From: an uncultured Gemmatimonadales bacterium
GTDB taxonomy: Bacteria > Gemmatimonadota > Gemmatimonadetes > Gemmatimonadales > GWC2-71-9
Assembly (NCBI GenBank): GCA_963755425.1
Contig: CAVWJI010000002.1
Span: 254,299-318,298, forward strand
DNA: 64,000 nucleotides
Direction: 5' to 3'
In this document: piece after piece, positions 10,531 to 23,984 of the stretch
How the letters are laid out: each line of letters starts with the position of its first letter
Numbering within the stretch: position 1 is the first letter of the stretch
The notes under the pieces: generated by a model
Told to the model about the DNA's origin: nothing
Seen by the model: the letters and a program-made list of their open reading frames with translations, nothing else
Databases searched by the model: none
Made by a program: the position numbers and the translations under genes

Positions 10531-13500
10531 CACCGTTCCCGTACTTCACCGGGAGCCGCTGACCGGTGCGCGTGCCGCGGCCGCCGTTCTTCCCGTCGCT
10601 CCCGCCCTCGAAGACCCGATCCGCGCCGAGCTGTTCGGCATCGAGCGGCTCGAGCAGCACGCCGAGAGCCTCGCCGCCGCGCAGCCGGTCACCAGCGGCG
10701 TCGGAACCGCAGCGCGCGCTCCTGCCGCGGGTGGACGCCAACGGCCGCGTGCTGCGCGAGGCCAACCGGATCATCGGCGAAGCGGTCCGCGAGGAGCGCT
10801 GGATCACCCCGGCCGCGGAATGGCTGGTCGACAACTTCTTCGTCGTCGACGAGCAGCTGCGCGAAATCCGCGACGACCTGCCGGAGGGATTCTACCGGGA
10901 GCTGCCGACGCTCGCCGACGGACCGCTGGCCGGATACCCGCGGGTATACGGCATCGCCTGGGCGTTCGTGGCGCACACCGACAGCCGGTTCGATCCCGAC
11001 ACGCTGCGCCGGTTCGTGCGGGCGTACCAGCGCGTGCAGCCGCTCACCATCGGCGAACTGTGGGCGGTCACGATCTCGTTGCGGGTGGTGCTGGTGGAGA
11101 ACCTGCGCCGGCTGGCGGACGCGATGGTCGGCGCCCGCGCCGTACGCCAGCGAGGCGGACGCGCTGGCCGACGAGATCCTCGGCCTGAACGCGCCCGGCG
11201 TGCGGTCGATCGCGGCGGTGATGTCCCGGGGCGACAGTCCGCGGCTGGTGACGGCATTCGCGGTCGAACTGGTCCAGCGGCTGCGCGACCGCGACCCGGC
11301 GGTGACGCCGGCGCTCGCCTGGCTGCACCAGCGGCTGGCGGCGCAGGGAACGACGGCCGACGAGATCACGCTGGTCGAGCACCGGCGCCAGGCGGCGATG
11401 ACCGTCACGGTGCGGAACATCATCACCAGCATGCGGCTGATGTCGGCGCTCGACTGGACGGTGTTCTTCGAGAGCGTGAGCCTGGTCGACGAGGCGCTGC
11501 GGGCGGGCAGCGCGTTCGCGGCGATGGACTTCGGGAGCCGCGACAGCTATCGCCACGCGATCGAAGCGCTGGCCCGCGGAGCGCGGACGCACCGAACTGG
11601 ACGTGGCGCGCGACGCGCTGGCCCACGGCGCGGACGGACCGCGAGCGATGCGCGCGAGGCGGATCCCGGGTTCTATCTCGATCGGCGGCGGCCGGCGCGC
11701 GTTCGAGCGGCGCGATCGGCTTCCGTCCGCCGCTCGGGCTCCGGCTGCGGCGCGCCTTCATGGACGCGGCGACGCCGGGATATCTGGGCACGATCGTCGT
11801 GCTCACGGCGGCCATCCTCGCCGTGCCGCTCGCCATCGGCCTCGGCCGGCGCGCATGTCGATCGGCGGGACTGCTGGTGCTCGGCGCGCTCGCGTTGGTC
11901 CCGGCGTCCGATCTCGCGGTCGCGCTGCTCAACCGCGCCGTCACCAGCATGGTCGCCCCGGCGCTCCTGCCCCGCCTCGAATGGCCCGGCCGGCGTCCCG
12001 GCGGAATGCCGGACCATCGTGGCGGTGCCGACGGTGCTCACCGGCATTGCCGACGTCGAGGAGCAGGTCGAGCGACTCGAGGTCCACTATCTGGCAAACC
12101 CCGATGGCGACGTGCGGTTCGCGCTGGTCTCCGATTGGCCCGACGCCGGCGAGGAACACACGCACCGGCGACGATGGCGATCCTGGCCGCGGCGCGGCAC
12201 GGCATCGCGCGGCTGAACGCCCGCCACGGGCCGGCGCCCGGCGGCGGCGACCGGTTCCTCGGCCTGCACCGGCGGCGACATCTGGAATGCCACGGGAGCG
12301 CGTCTGGATGGGATGGGAGCGCAAGCGCGGCAAGCTGCACGAGCTGAACCGCCTGCTGCGTGGCGCGACCGACACGTCCTTCCTGGACGACGCGGACGGC
12401 CGCACCCGGACGTGCCGACCGGGGTGCGCTACGTGCGTGACCCTCGACGCCGATACCCGCGTCTGCCGATCGGCGCGATCAAGCGGCTGGTGGGCACGAT
12501 GGCGCATCCGCTCAACCGGCCGCGATTCGATCCGGTGGCGCGGCGCGTGGTGGAGGGATACGGCATCCTGCAACCGCGCGTCACCGCCGCCGCTGCCGGG
12601 CCGCGAGGGCTCGGTGTTCCAGCGGCTGGTGTCCGGGGCACCCGGGGATCGACCCGTACGCGGCGGCGGTGTCGGACGTCTATCAGGATCTCTTCGGCGA
12701 GGGATCGTATACCGGCAAGGGGATCTACGACATCGACGCCTTCGAGGCGGCGCTGGCGGGACGGGTGCCCGACAATTCGCTGCTGAGCCACGACCTGTTC
12801 GAAGGGCTGTTCGCGCGCGCCGGCCTGGTGACCGACGTCGAGCTGTTCGAAAGCGCGCCGGCAAACTACCTGACGGCCGCGGCGCGCCAGCATCGCTGGG
12901 CGCGCGGCGACTGGCAGCTGCTCCCCTGGATCGTGCGCGAACGGCTCTCGGCCGGTGAGCCGCTGGAAGATGATCGACAACCTCCGGCGCACGCTTGTCG
13001 ATGCCGGCGGCGTTTCTCACGCTGGTGGCCGGGTGGGTGTGGCCGGGGTCGTCGCCCGATGCTGTGGACGGCATTCGTGCTGGTGGTCATCGCCGATCCC
13101 GCCGTTGCTCCCGGCCTTCGCCGGCGTGTGGCCGCACGTCCCGGGGATATCCAAGCGGAGCCACCTTCGCGCGGTCGCCCGCGACTTCCGATCCGCCGTG
13201 GCGCAGATGGCGCTCACCCTCACCACGATGGCGCATCAGGCGTGGCTGATGACCGACGCCATCGGCGCGGACGCTTGGCCCGACTTCACCTGACGCGCCG
13301 ACGGATGCTGGAATGGACCACGACCGTGCACGCCGCGTCGCAGGTGCCGGTCACCGCGAGCGGCTTCTATCGCCGGATGGCGGGCGGCGTGGTCGTCACC
13401 GCGCTCGCCGCCGCCGCGGTGGCGTGCGTCCGCCCCGGGGCGCTGGCCGGTGGCGCTGCCGTCCTGCTGCTCGTGGTTGCGGCGCCCGCCATCGCGCGGT

Positions 13501-16500
13501 GCGATCAGCCGTCCGGGACGCGCGATCCGGCGGCGCCGCTCGTCGGCCGACGACGCGCGCGCCCTCCGCCTCATCGCCCGGCGGACCTGGGAGTACTTCA
13601 CCACGTTCGTGACCGCCGGAGAGCCAGGGGTTGCCGCCGGACAACTTCCAGGAGACGCCGCAGCCCGGTGATCGCGCAGCGCACGTCGCCGACCAACATC
13701 GGACTGTACCTGCTCTCGGTGGTCTCGGCGCATGACTTCGGGTGGGTGGGCACCATCGACGCGGTCGACCGGATCGAGGCAACGTTCCGCACCATCCAGC
13801 GCATGGAGCATTATCGCGGCCATCTCTACAACTGGTACGACACCCGGGACGGCAGCCCGCTCGAGCCCAGGTACGTCTCGTCGGTGGACAGCGGCAATCT
13901 GGCCGGCTGTCTCCTCGCGCTGGCCAACGCCTGCGAGGCGATGATCGACGCAGCCCGTGCCCGGCCGGGCGCGCTGTCGGGGATTGCCGATGCGCGCCCT
14001 GCTCCTGCGCGACGCGGCCCGGTGCCGGCCGGGAGCACCGGGCCGGCCGACCCGGCAGCGACTCGACGACGCGCTCGACGTCTTCCTGACCATCGCGGCC
14101 CAGGACGCCTCGACACCCGGTCGAATGGGCCGCGCGGCTGGCGGAACTCGAGGCCGCGGCGCGGACCGTGGCGAATTGCGCGCGGCCATGCCGGCCGACG
14201 AGCCGACGCGACTCGCGCGCGGCGGCGGTGAGCGCGCGGCGCCGAAGCGCTGCGCGCCGCCGTGGCAACGCACGCCCGGGACCTCGGCACGCTGATGCCG
14301 TGGGCCGGGCTGCGCATCGACGACGCGGCGAGCGTCGCTCATGGCGCGGCTGGCCCGGCGCCGGCGCTCGCCACGATGCCGGGCCGCGTGCGAGGCGGTG
14401 CTGCGCGAGCTCGCGGCGGCGTCGCGCCGCCGGTGGCCGATGCCGCCGGACGCGGATGCCGCGCGATTGCCGCAGCATCGACGCGCTGGCCGCCGGTCTC
14501 GAGCGTTCGGCCGCCGCCGCGATCGGCGCTGACCGCAGCGCGCTGGCGCAGCTTGCCGCCGATGCGCGCGGCATGGTCGCCGCGATGGAGTTCGGCTTTC
14601 TCTTCGATCCGACCCGGATGCTGTTCGCCATCGGCTATCGGATGACCGACGGGACCCTCGATCCCGGGCGGTACGACCTCCTCGCCTCCGAGGCGCGCCT
14701 CCTGAGCTTCGTCGCCATCGCCAAGGGCGACGTCCCGGTGCGGCACTGGTTCCGGCTGGGCCGGCCTGCTGGCGCCAGTGGGCAGGGATTCGGTGCTGCT
14801 GTCGTGGTCCGGGTCGATGTTCGAGTACCTGATGCCCGCGCTGGTCATGCGCAGCGCCGGTGGGCAGCCTGCTGGAGCAGACCTGCCGCCTGGCGGTACA
14901 GCGCCAGATCGCCTACGGGATCGAGCGCGGCGTGCCGTGGGGGATGTCGGAGTCGGGGTACTTACATGCGCGACCTGCGCGATGACGTTCCAGTACTCGA
15001 ATTTCGGCGTGCCCGGCGCTCGGCCTCCGGCGCGGGCTCGGCGACGACGTCGTCGTGGCGCCGTACGCCACGGCGCTGGCGGCGATGATCGACGCGCCGG
15101 ATGCGGTGCGGAACTTCCGCGCCCTGGCCGGCGCCGGCGCCGACGGGCAGTACGGGTTCTACGAATCGGTGGATTACACGCCGGCGCGACTTCCGGCCGG
15201 CACGCCGCGCGAAGTGGTGCGCATGTACATGGCGCACCATCAGGGCATGACGATCGTCGCGATCGGCAACGTGCTGCACGGCGGCGCCATGCGCACGCGC
15301 TTCCACGCCGAGCCGATCGTGCGGGCCAGCGAACTGCTGCTGCAGGAGCGGACGCCGCGCGATGTCGCCGTGGCCCGGCCGCGGATGGATACTGCGCGCG
15401 ATCGACGGCGACGTGCGCGAACTGGTGCCGCCGCGCACCCGCCATTTCTCGTCGCCCTTCGGCGCGACGCCGCGCACCCAGCTGCTGTCCAACGGCCGCT
15501 ACGCCGTGATGATCACCGCGGCGGGATCGGGCTACAGCCGCTGGCGGCGACCTCGCGGTCACGCGCTGGCGCGAGGATGCGACCAGCGACGACACCGGGT
15601 CGTACATCTTGCTGCGCGACGTCGCGACGCGGCGAGCGCTGGTCGGCCGGCTTCCAGCCCAGCGGAGCGGTGCCGGAGAGCTACGACGTCTCGTTCGCCG
15701 AGGATCGCGCGGAATTCGTCCGCCGCGACGGGGCGATCACCGACGCGGCTCGAAGTGATCGTGTCGTCGGAGGACGACGCCGAGGTCCGGCGGGTCTCGC
15801 TCACCAACCACGGCTGCGCGACGCGGGAGATCGAGGTCACGTCGTACGCGGAGGTCGTGCTCGCGCCGGCGGCCGGGGACGCGGCGCACCCGGCGTTCTC
15901 GAACCTGTTCATCCAGACGGAGATGCATCGCCGACGCTGGACACGCTGCTCGCCACCCGCCGGCGCCGCGACGCCGGAAGACGCCGAGATCTGGCTCGCC
16001 CACGTCCTGGCCGTCGAGGGCGAGACGGTCGGCGACGTGGAATGGGAAACCGATCGCGGCGCGGTTCATCGGGCGTGGACGCAGCGTCCGCGCGCCGCTC
16101 GCGGAAACCGGCGGCCGCGAGCTCTCCAACACGGTCGGCGCGGTGCTCGACCCGATCGTCAGCCTGCGGCGCCGCGTCCGCATCCGTCCCGGCAAGACCG
16201 TGCGCGTGGCGTTCTCGACGCTGGTCGCGCCGTCGCGCGAGCGCCGTGCTCGACCTGGCGGACAAGTATCACGACGTCACGACGTTCGAGCGGGTCGCCA
16301 CGCTCGCCTGGACCCAGGCGCAGGTCCAGCTGCACCACCTCGGCATCGGAGCCGACGAAGCCCACCTGTTCCAGACGCTCGGCGGCGCCATCGTCGTACG
16401 CGCGATCGCGCGCTGCGCGCCGCCAGCGACGTGCTCGCCCGCCGCACCGAAGGCGTCGCGGCGCTCTGGGCGCACGGGATCTCGGGCGACCTGCCGATCG

Positions 16501-19419
16501 TGCTCGTGGAGATCGACGACGGCCGACGACATCGGCATCGTGCGGCAGCTGCTGCGCGCGCACGCGTACTGGCGGATGAAGCGCCTGGCGGTCGATCTCG
16601 TGATCCTGAACGACCGCGCACCCGTCGTACCTGCAGGACCTGCAGACGCTGATCGAGACGCTGGTGCGCACGAGCCAGTCGATGCCACGGCCGGAAGGGC
16701 CCGAAGCCGCAGGGCGCGGTCTTCACGCTCCGCGCGGACCGCGCTGACCGCCGGCCAGCGCGACGTGCTGGAGAGCGTCGCCCGGGTGGACCTGTCGAGC
16801 CGGCGCGGCACGCTCGCCGAGCAGGTGGCGCGCGCCTACCGCGACCGACGCCGCTCCGCTCGATCGCGCCGCGCGCACGATCGCGCCGCCGCGGCGCCGG
16901 AGCCGACGCGCCGCGTCGAGTCGAGGCGCCGCGCCCGGCGCTGGAGTTCGACAACGGACATCGGCGGCTTCGACGCCGACGGCGCGCGAGTACGTGATCG
17001 ATCGCTGCGCGCCGGGCCAGTGGACGCCGGCGCCGTGGATCAACGTGATCGCCAACCCGGATTTCGGCTGCCTCGTGTCCGAGGCGGGATCGGGCTGCAC
17101 CTGGTCGGTCAACAGCCAGGAGAACCTGCTCACCGCCGTGGTCGAACGATCCGGTGAGCGATCCGCCCAGCGAGACGTTCTACATTCGCGACGACGACTC
17201 CGGGGAGCTGTGGAGCCCGACGCCGCTGCCGATTCGCGAGGCGCGCGGCGAGTACGTCGTGCGCCACGGGCACGGCTACACCCGGTTCACGCACGACGCG
17301 CACGGCGTGGCGCTCGAGCTGCTGCAGTTCGTGCCGGTGGACGACCCGATCAAGATCTCGCGGCTCACGCTGACGAATCATTCGCCGCACGCCCGGCGCC
17401 TGTCGGTGACGGCGTATCTCGAATGGGTGCTGGGCGCGTCGCGCAGCGCGTCGGCGCCGTTCGTGATCACCGAAATGGACGCGGCCACCGGCGCGATGTT
17501 CGCGCGGAATTCGTGGAACCGGGACTTCGGCACCCGCGATCGCCTTCGCCGACCTGGGCGGCGCGCAGACCGCGTGGACCGGCGACCGCGACCGAGTTCC
17601 TCGGGCGCAACGGCGTCGCACCGGATCGCCCGGCCGCGCTCGGCCGCGCGCGAGCGACTGTCGGGGCGCACCGGAGCGGCGCTCGATCCCTGCTGCGCGC
17701 TGCAGACCGACGCTGCGAGATTCCCGCCGGCGGGCCGGCGTCTCGGTCGTCTGCCTGCTCGGCCAGGCCGAAACGCGCGAGCAGGCGCGCGCGCTGATTC
17801 AGCGATACCGCGTCCGACGATCTCGACGCCCGGCTCGACGGAGGTGACGGACGGGTGGGACCGCGTGCTGGGCGCCATCCAGGTGCAAGACGCCCGATCG
17901 CGCGCTCGACCTGATGCTGAATCAGTGGCTGCTCTACCAGACGCTCGCCTGCCGCGTGTGGGCGCGGACCGCGTTCTACCAGGCCAGCGGCGCCTACGGC
18001 TTCCGCGACCAGCTGCAGGACGTCATGGCGCTCGCCGTCGTCGCGGCCGGACCTGACGCGCGCGCAGATCCTGAAGGCGGCGTCGCGGCAGTTCGTGGAG
18101 GGCGACGTGCAGCACTGGTGGCACGAGCCGGCGGGCCGCGGCGTCCGCACGCGGATCTCCGACGATCTGCTCTGGCTGCCGTACGTCGACGACGCACTAT
18201 CTCGACGTGACGGGGGACCAGGCGGTCCTCGACGAGATCGATTCCGTTCCTCGACGGGCCGCCGCTCGCCGCCGGACAGACGGAGTCGTACTTCGAGCCG
18301 CGCGATTGCGGCCGACACGCGGCACGCTGTTCGAGCACTGTGCGCGGGCGCATCGACCGGAGCCTCGCGCGTCGGCGCGCACGGCCTGCCGCTGATGGGA
18401 ACGGGGGACTGGAACGACGGCATGAATCGCGTCGGCGTGCTGGGCAAGGGAGAGAGCGTGTGGCTCGCGCTGGTTCCTGCACGCGCGTGCTGACGCACGT
18501 GGGCGCCGATCGCGGCGGCCCGCGGCGAGGCGGCGCGCGCCGACGCGTGGGCCGGCACACGCGGCGACGCTCGAAGACGGCGGTCGAGCGCGAAGCGTGG
18601 GACGGCAGCTGGTACCGTCGCGCCTACTTCGACGACGGCACGCCGCTCGGGACCGCCGGCAGCGATGCCTGCGCCATCGACTCGATCGCGCAGTCGTGGG
18701 GCGTCATGTCGGGCGCGGCCGACCCCGGCCGGGCGCGGCGCGCCATGGCGTCGCGTCGACGAGCACCTGGTGAAGCCGAACGACCAGCTGATCCTGCTGC
18801 TGACGCCGCCGTTCGACCACACGGCGCTCGAACCCGGCTACATCAAGGGATACGTGCCGGGAGTGCGGGAGAACGGCGCGCAGTACACCCATGCCGCCGT
18901 CTGGACGGCGATCGCGTTCGCCATCGCTCGGCGACGGCGACACAGGCCGCCGAATTGCTCGCGATGCTCAATCCGATCACGCACTCCGGCACACCGCGCG
19001 GCGTCAGAGCAGTACCGGGTCGAGCCGTATGTCGTCGGTCGGCGACGTCTACTCCGAGGCGCCGCACGTCGGCCGCGGCGGCTGGACGTGGTATACCGGG
19101 TCCGCCGGCTGGATGTATCGCGCCGGCATCGAATGGCTGCTCGGCATCCGGGTGCGGGGACCGCGACTGGTGGTCGAATCCCGTGCATCCCGGCAGGCTG
19201 GCCCGGATTCACCGCCGACGCTGCGCCATCGCTCGGCGCGATACGAGATCACCGTCGAGAATCCCGGCCGGGTCTGCCGCGGCGTGGCGGCGCTCGAACT
19301 CGACGGCGTGCCGCTCGACGATCGCACCGGGTTGCCGCTCGCCGACGATCAGCGCACGCCACCACGTGCGCGCGGTGCTGGGCGCGCAGCAGCCGGCAGC
19401 CGGGGCGAACGTCCCGTGA
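10527..19419 (+). CDS. ndvB: Cyclic beta-1,2-glucan synthase (NdvB/ChvB/Cgs; GT84 + cyclisation domain + GH94 phosphorylase), many frameshifts
   Basis: [143 protein letters not shown], in canonical order across ~8.9 kb. Confidence 0.92.
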
Positions 19420-20165
19420 CGCCCCCGGCCGGCGGGCCCGGCGGCAGCGATGATCCGGGCATCGTCGCGGTGGCTGCGAAAGCGGCGGAGCTGATCCCCG
19501 ACGGCGCGCGAGTCGGACTGGGGTCCGGCCGCGCCGCGTCGGCCTTCATTGCCCGGCTCGGAGCGCGTCGCCGCGAGGGGCTCCAGGTGTCGGGAGTGGC
19601 AACCTCCCGGGCCGCCGCAGCGCTGGCCGAGCGAGCCGGGATTCCGCTGATCGCGCTGGGCGTGGGTGGTCCCCTCGATCTCACCGTCGACGGCGCCGAC
19701 GAAGTCGCACCCAACCTCGACCTCGTCAAGGGGTGGGGTGGCGCGCTGGTGCATGAGCGCATCGTGGCCGCGGCCTCGGTCCGGCAGGTGATCGTGGTCG
19801 GCCCGGAGAAGCTGGTCCGATCGCTCGGTGCGCGAGGCAGGATTCCGGTCGAGGTGATCCCGCTGGCGGAATGGCTCGTCGCGCGGGAGTTCGCGGCGCT
19901 CGACCTGACGTTCACGCGCCGGTCCGATGCCAGTGGATCGCGGCCGTTCGTCACCGACAACGGCAATATCATTCTCGATTGCGCCCCCGCGGAACCGCTC
20001 CGCGACGCCGTGGCCGCCCGGGAGCTCCACCGGGCGCTGCGCGCGCTGACCGGCGTGGTCGACACCGGTCTCTTTCTCGGCACGGCGGCGCTGGTCCTCG
20101 TCGGTCATCCGGACGGACGGGTGGACGTCCTTTCTCGCCACGACCTTTCAGCCGGGAAGCCATGA
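19416..20165 (+). CDS. rpiA: Ribose-5-phosphate isomerase A
   Basis: GLGSG, DGADEV, KGWGGAL, VTDNGN, GVVDTGLF. Confidence 0.9.
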   Translation: MTPPAGGPGGSDDPGIVAVAAKAAELIPDGARVGLGSGRAASAFIARLGARRREGLQVSGVATSRAAAALAERAGIPLIALGVGGPLDLTVDGADEVAPNLDLVKGWGGALVHERIVAAASVRQVIVVGPEKLVRSLGARGRIPVEVIPLAEWLVAREFAALDLTFTRRSDASGSRPFVTDNGNIILDCAPAEPLRDAVAARELHRALRALTGVVDTGLFLGTAALVLVGHPDGRVDVLSRHDLSAGKP

Positions 20166-21828
20166 ACATCAGTCCCCTCGCCGGTCATCCGCCGCCACCG
20201 TCGATGCTCCTCGACGTGGGCCGGCTGGTCACCGCCTACTACACCGGAATCCCGGACCCCTCGGTGCCCGCCCAACGGGTGGCGTTCGGCACCTCGGGGC
20301 ACCGGGGTTCGGCGTTCGACACCACGTTCAACGAATGGCATGTCGCCGCCATCAGCGAGGCCATCTGTCGCTACCGCCGGCGCCAGGGCATCGACGGCCC
20401 GCTCTTTCTCGGTATCGACACGCACGCGCTGTCGCTCCCGGCCTGTGCCACCGCGGTCGAGGTGCTGGCGGCCCACGGCGTCGATGTCATGCTGGCGGAA
20501 CACGACGAATACACGCCGACGCCGGTGGTGTCGCACGCCATCATCTGCTACAACCGCGGACGAACCAGCGGGATGGCCGACGGCATCATCATCACGCCAT
20601 CGCACAACCCGCCGGACAACGGTGGCTTCAAGTACAATCCGCCGAACGGCGGCCCCGCCGACACCGACGTGACCAGCTGGATCGGGGCGCGGGCGAACGA
20701 GTTGATGGAACATGGTCTCGATGGCGTGTCCCGGATCCCCCACGGACGGGCGCTCGCGGCCTCCACGACGCATCGGCATGACTATCGGACGCCGTACGTG
20801 CGCGACCTCGGGGACGATCATCGACATGGATGCGATCCGTGGCGCGGGCATCCGCGTGGGGGTGGATCCCCTCGGCGGCGCCGGCGTTCACTACTGGGCA
20901 CCGATCGCGGAGCACTACCATCTCGATCTGACCGTGGTCAGCGAGATCGTCGATCAGACCTTCCGGTTCATGACCGTGGATTGGGACGGGCGGATCCGCA
21001 TGGACCCGTCATCCAGCTATGCCATGCAGCGCCTCATCGGCCTCAAGGACTCCTTCGACATCGCCGTGGCCTGCGATACCGATCACGACCGGCACGGCAT
21101 CGTCACCCGCAGCACCGGGCTTGTTGCCCCCCAACCACTATCTCACCGTGGCCATTCATCACCTGTTCCGGCATCGGCCGGCGTGGCGTGCGGCAGCGGG
21201 CGTCGGCAAGACGGTGGTGAGCAGCGCCACCATCGACCGCGTGACCGCGGCCCTGGGCCGGCCGCTCCACGAGGTGCCGGTCGGCTTCAAGTGGTTCGTC
21301 GACGGCCTCGCCGACGGATCCCTCGGCTTTGCCGGCGAGGAGAGCGCGGGCGCCTCATTCCTCCGCCGCGACGGCACGGTCTGGACCACGGACAAGGATG
21401 GCATCGTGCCCGCGCTGCTCGCCGCCGAAATCACCGCCGTCGCGGGGCGCGATCCGGGCGGGATCTACGCCGGCTTGACCGGCGAATTCGGGGACCCGGT
21501 CTACGATCGGGTCGAGGCGCCGGCGACCGCTGATCAGAAACGGCGACTCGCGGCGCTCACGCCGGGTGAGGTACACTGCAGTGATCTCGCGGGAGAGCCG
21601 GTGCAGAGCATCATCAACGTGGCGCCGGGGAATCACGCGCCGATCGGTGGCGTGAAAGTGACGGCGGCAACGGGCTGGTTCGCGGCCCGCCCATCGGGCA
21701 CCGAAGACATCTACAAGATCTACGCTGAGAGTTTCCGCGGGCAGCAACACCTGGATCGGATCGTCGCCGAGGCACAGGCGGTGGTCGACACGGCGCTCGG
21801 CAGCGGCACACCGGGGGCGTCGCCCTGA
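20162..21828 (+). CDS. pgm: Phosphoglucomutase (alpha-D-glucose phosphate-specific), two frameshifts
   Basis: [49 protein letters not shown]. Confidence 0.93.
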
Positions 21829-21862
21829 TACTCCATCAGGCCGCCCGCAGAGAGGGATCGAG

Positions 21863-23278
21863 ATGGCAACAATGAGAAACCACGGCACCCCGTCCGACGC
21901 GCTGGTGCTCTTCGGCGTCACGGGCGACCTGGCCCACAAGATGATCTTCCCGGCGCTCTACGCCATGGTCAGACACCGCACCCTCGACGTTCCGGTGATC
22001 GGGGTCGCCTCGAGCCCGTGGACCCTGGCGCAGTTGCGGCAGCGCGCCACCGACAGCATCCGGCAATCCGGCACCGCGGTGGACCGGAAGATCCTCCACC
22101 GCCTGCTGGCCCTGCTGCGGTACGTGCCGGGCGACTACAACGATCCGGCCACCTTTGCCGCGCTGCAAGCGCGCGCTGGGAGCGGTCAAGCGGCCGGCGT
22201 ACTATCTCGCCATCCCGCCGTCGCTCTTCGCGACGGTCATCGCCGGGCTGGGCGACGCCGGCCTGGCGCATCAGGCGCGCGTCATCGTCGAAAAGCCGTT
22301 CGGTCGCGACCTCGCCTCGGCGCGCCAGCTCAATGCCGCCGCCCACGCCGTCTTTCCCGAAGATGCCATCTTCCGGATCGACCACTATCTCGGGAAGGAG
22401 GCGATCATGAACATCCTGTACTTCCGGTTCGCCAATTCCTTCTTCGAGCCGATCTGGAATCGCAACTACGTCGCCAGCGTGCAGATCACCATGGCGGAGA
22501 AGTTCGGCATCGCCGGCCGGGGAGCGTTCTACGAGACGGCCGGTTGTCTGCGCGACGTGATCCAGAATCATCTCTTCCAGGTCGTGGCGCTGCTGGCCAT
22601 GGAGCCGCCGGTGATGCAAAGCTATGGATCGGTCCACACCGAGAAGGCCAAGGTCTTCGAGGCGATGCGCCCGCTCCGCGCCCGCGACATGGTGCGCGGC
22701 CAATACGACGGCTACCGGCGCGAACCGCATGTGGCACGCAACTCCGACGTCGAAACGTTCTGCGCCGTGCGGCTGTTCATCGATTCGTGGCGCTGGGACG
22801 GGGTCCCGTGGTACCTGCGCGCCGGGAAATGTCTCCCCACCACCGCCGCCGAGGTGCTGGTCGAGCTGAAGGTGCCTCCGGCGCGGCTGTTCGACGACTC
22901 CGCTCCGACCGGGCGGCCCGGCCAATTATCTCCGCTTCCGGCTTTCCCCCGACCCGGCCGTTGCCCTGGCCGCGCGCGTCAAGCGTCCCGGCAAGGAATT
23001 CGTCGGTGACCAGCGGGAGCTCTATCTGGTCGAGGAGACGGCGGGTGTGGAGCCGCCCTACGAGCGCCTGCTGAGCGACGCCATGATCGGCGACGGCGCG
23101 CTCTTCACCCGGGAGGATGCCGTCGAAGCCGCGTGGGCCGCGGTGGATCCGGTCCTCACCAGGCATCGCCACGCGCTGCCCTACCGGCGCGGGACCTGGG
23201 GACCCCCGGCCGCCGATGGCCTGATCAAGGCATCCGGACGGTTGGCACAACCCGACGCCGCACCGGACCGGCGCGTGA
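21863..23278 (+). CDS. zwf: Glucose-6-phosphate 1-dehydrogenase, frameshifted
   Basis: [39 protein letters not shown]. Confidence 0.92.
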
Positions 23279-23984
23279 CGGCATTGCCCGACGTCGTGTT
23301 CCTGCTCGACTGCGACAATACGCTGCTCGACAACGATCGCATCGAGCAGGACCTGCGCGAGCACCTGGCGCGGGAGTTCGGCGCCGTGAATCGGGACCGC
23401 TACTGGGCGATCTTCGAGCAGCTGCGCGGCGAGCTCGGGCTACGCCGACTACCTCGGAGCGCTGCAGCGCTACCGGCTGGCCGACACCAGCGATACCCGG
23501 CTGCTCCTGATGTCGTCGTTCCTGGTCGACTACCCGTTCGCGAGCCGGCTGTATCCGCGGTGCGATCGACGTCCTCGAGCGATTGCACCGGCGCGGCTTG
23601 ACGGTCATTCTCTCCGATGGCGACGTGGTATTCCAGCCGCGCAAGATCCAGCGATCCGGGCTCTGGGACGCGGTGGACGGCCGGGTGCTGATCTACCTGC
23701 ACAAGGAAACGATGCTCGACGCCGTCGCCGCCCGGTACCCGGCACGGCATTATGTCATGATCGACGACAAGCTGCGCATTCTCGCGATGATCAAGAGCAC
23801 CTGGCGCGACCGGGTGACCACGGTGTTTCCGCGCCAGGGCCACTACGCGCTCGACCCGGCCAATCTCGCGGCGTATCCGGCGGCCGACGTTTCGGTGGAT
23901 GCGATCGGCGACTTGCTGCTCGACGACGTCCGCACGTTGATCGGTGGCCACGCCGCCGATCGGCAGCGACCCGGGCCCGGATGA
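23275..23984 (+). CDS. HAD-family hydrolase, frameshifted
   Basis: FLLDCDNTLLD motif I, LSDGDVVFQPRKI, MIDDKLRIL. Confidence 0.85.

Noticed and set aside
10527-19419. Programmed frameshifting or many separate small genes in the cgs region
   Set aside because: Motifs follow the canonical single-polypeptide order, I saw no recurring slippery sequence, and neighbouring housekeeping genes show the same indels.
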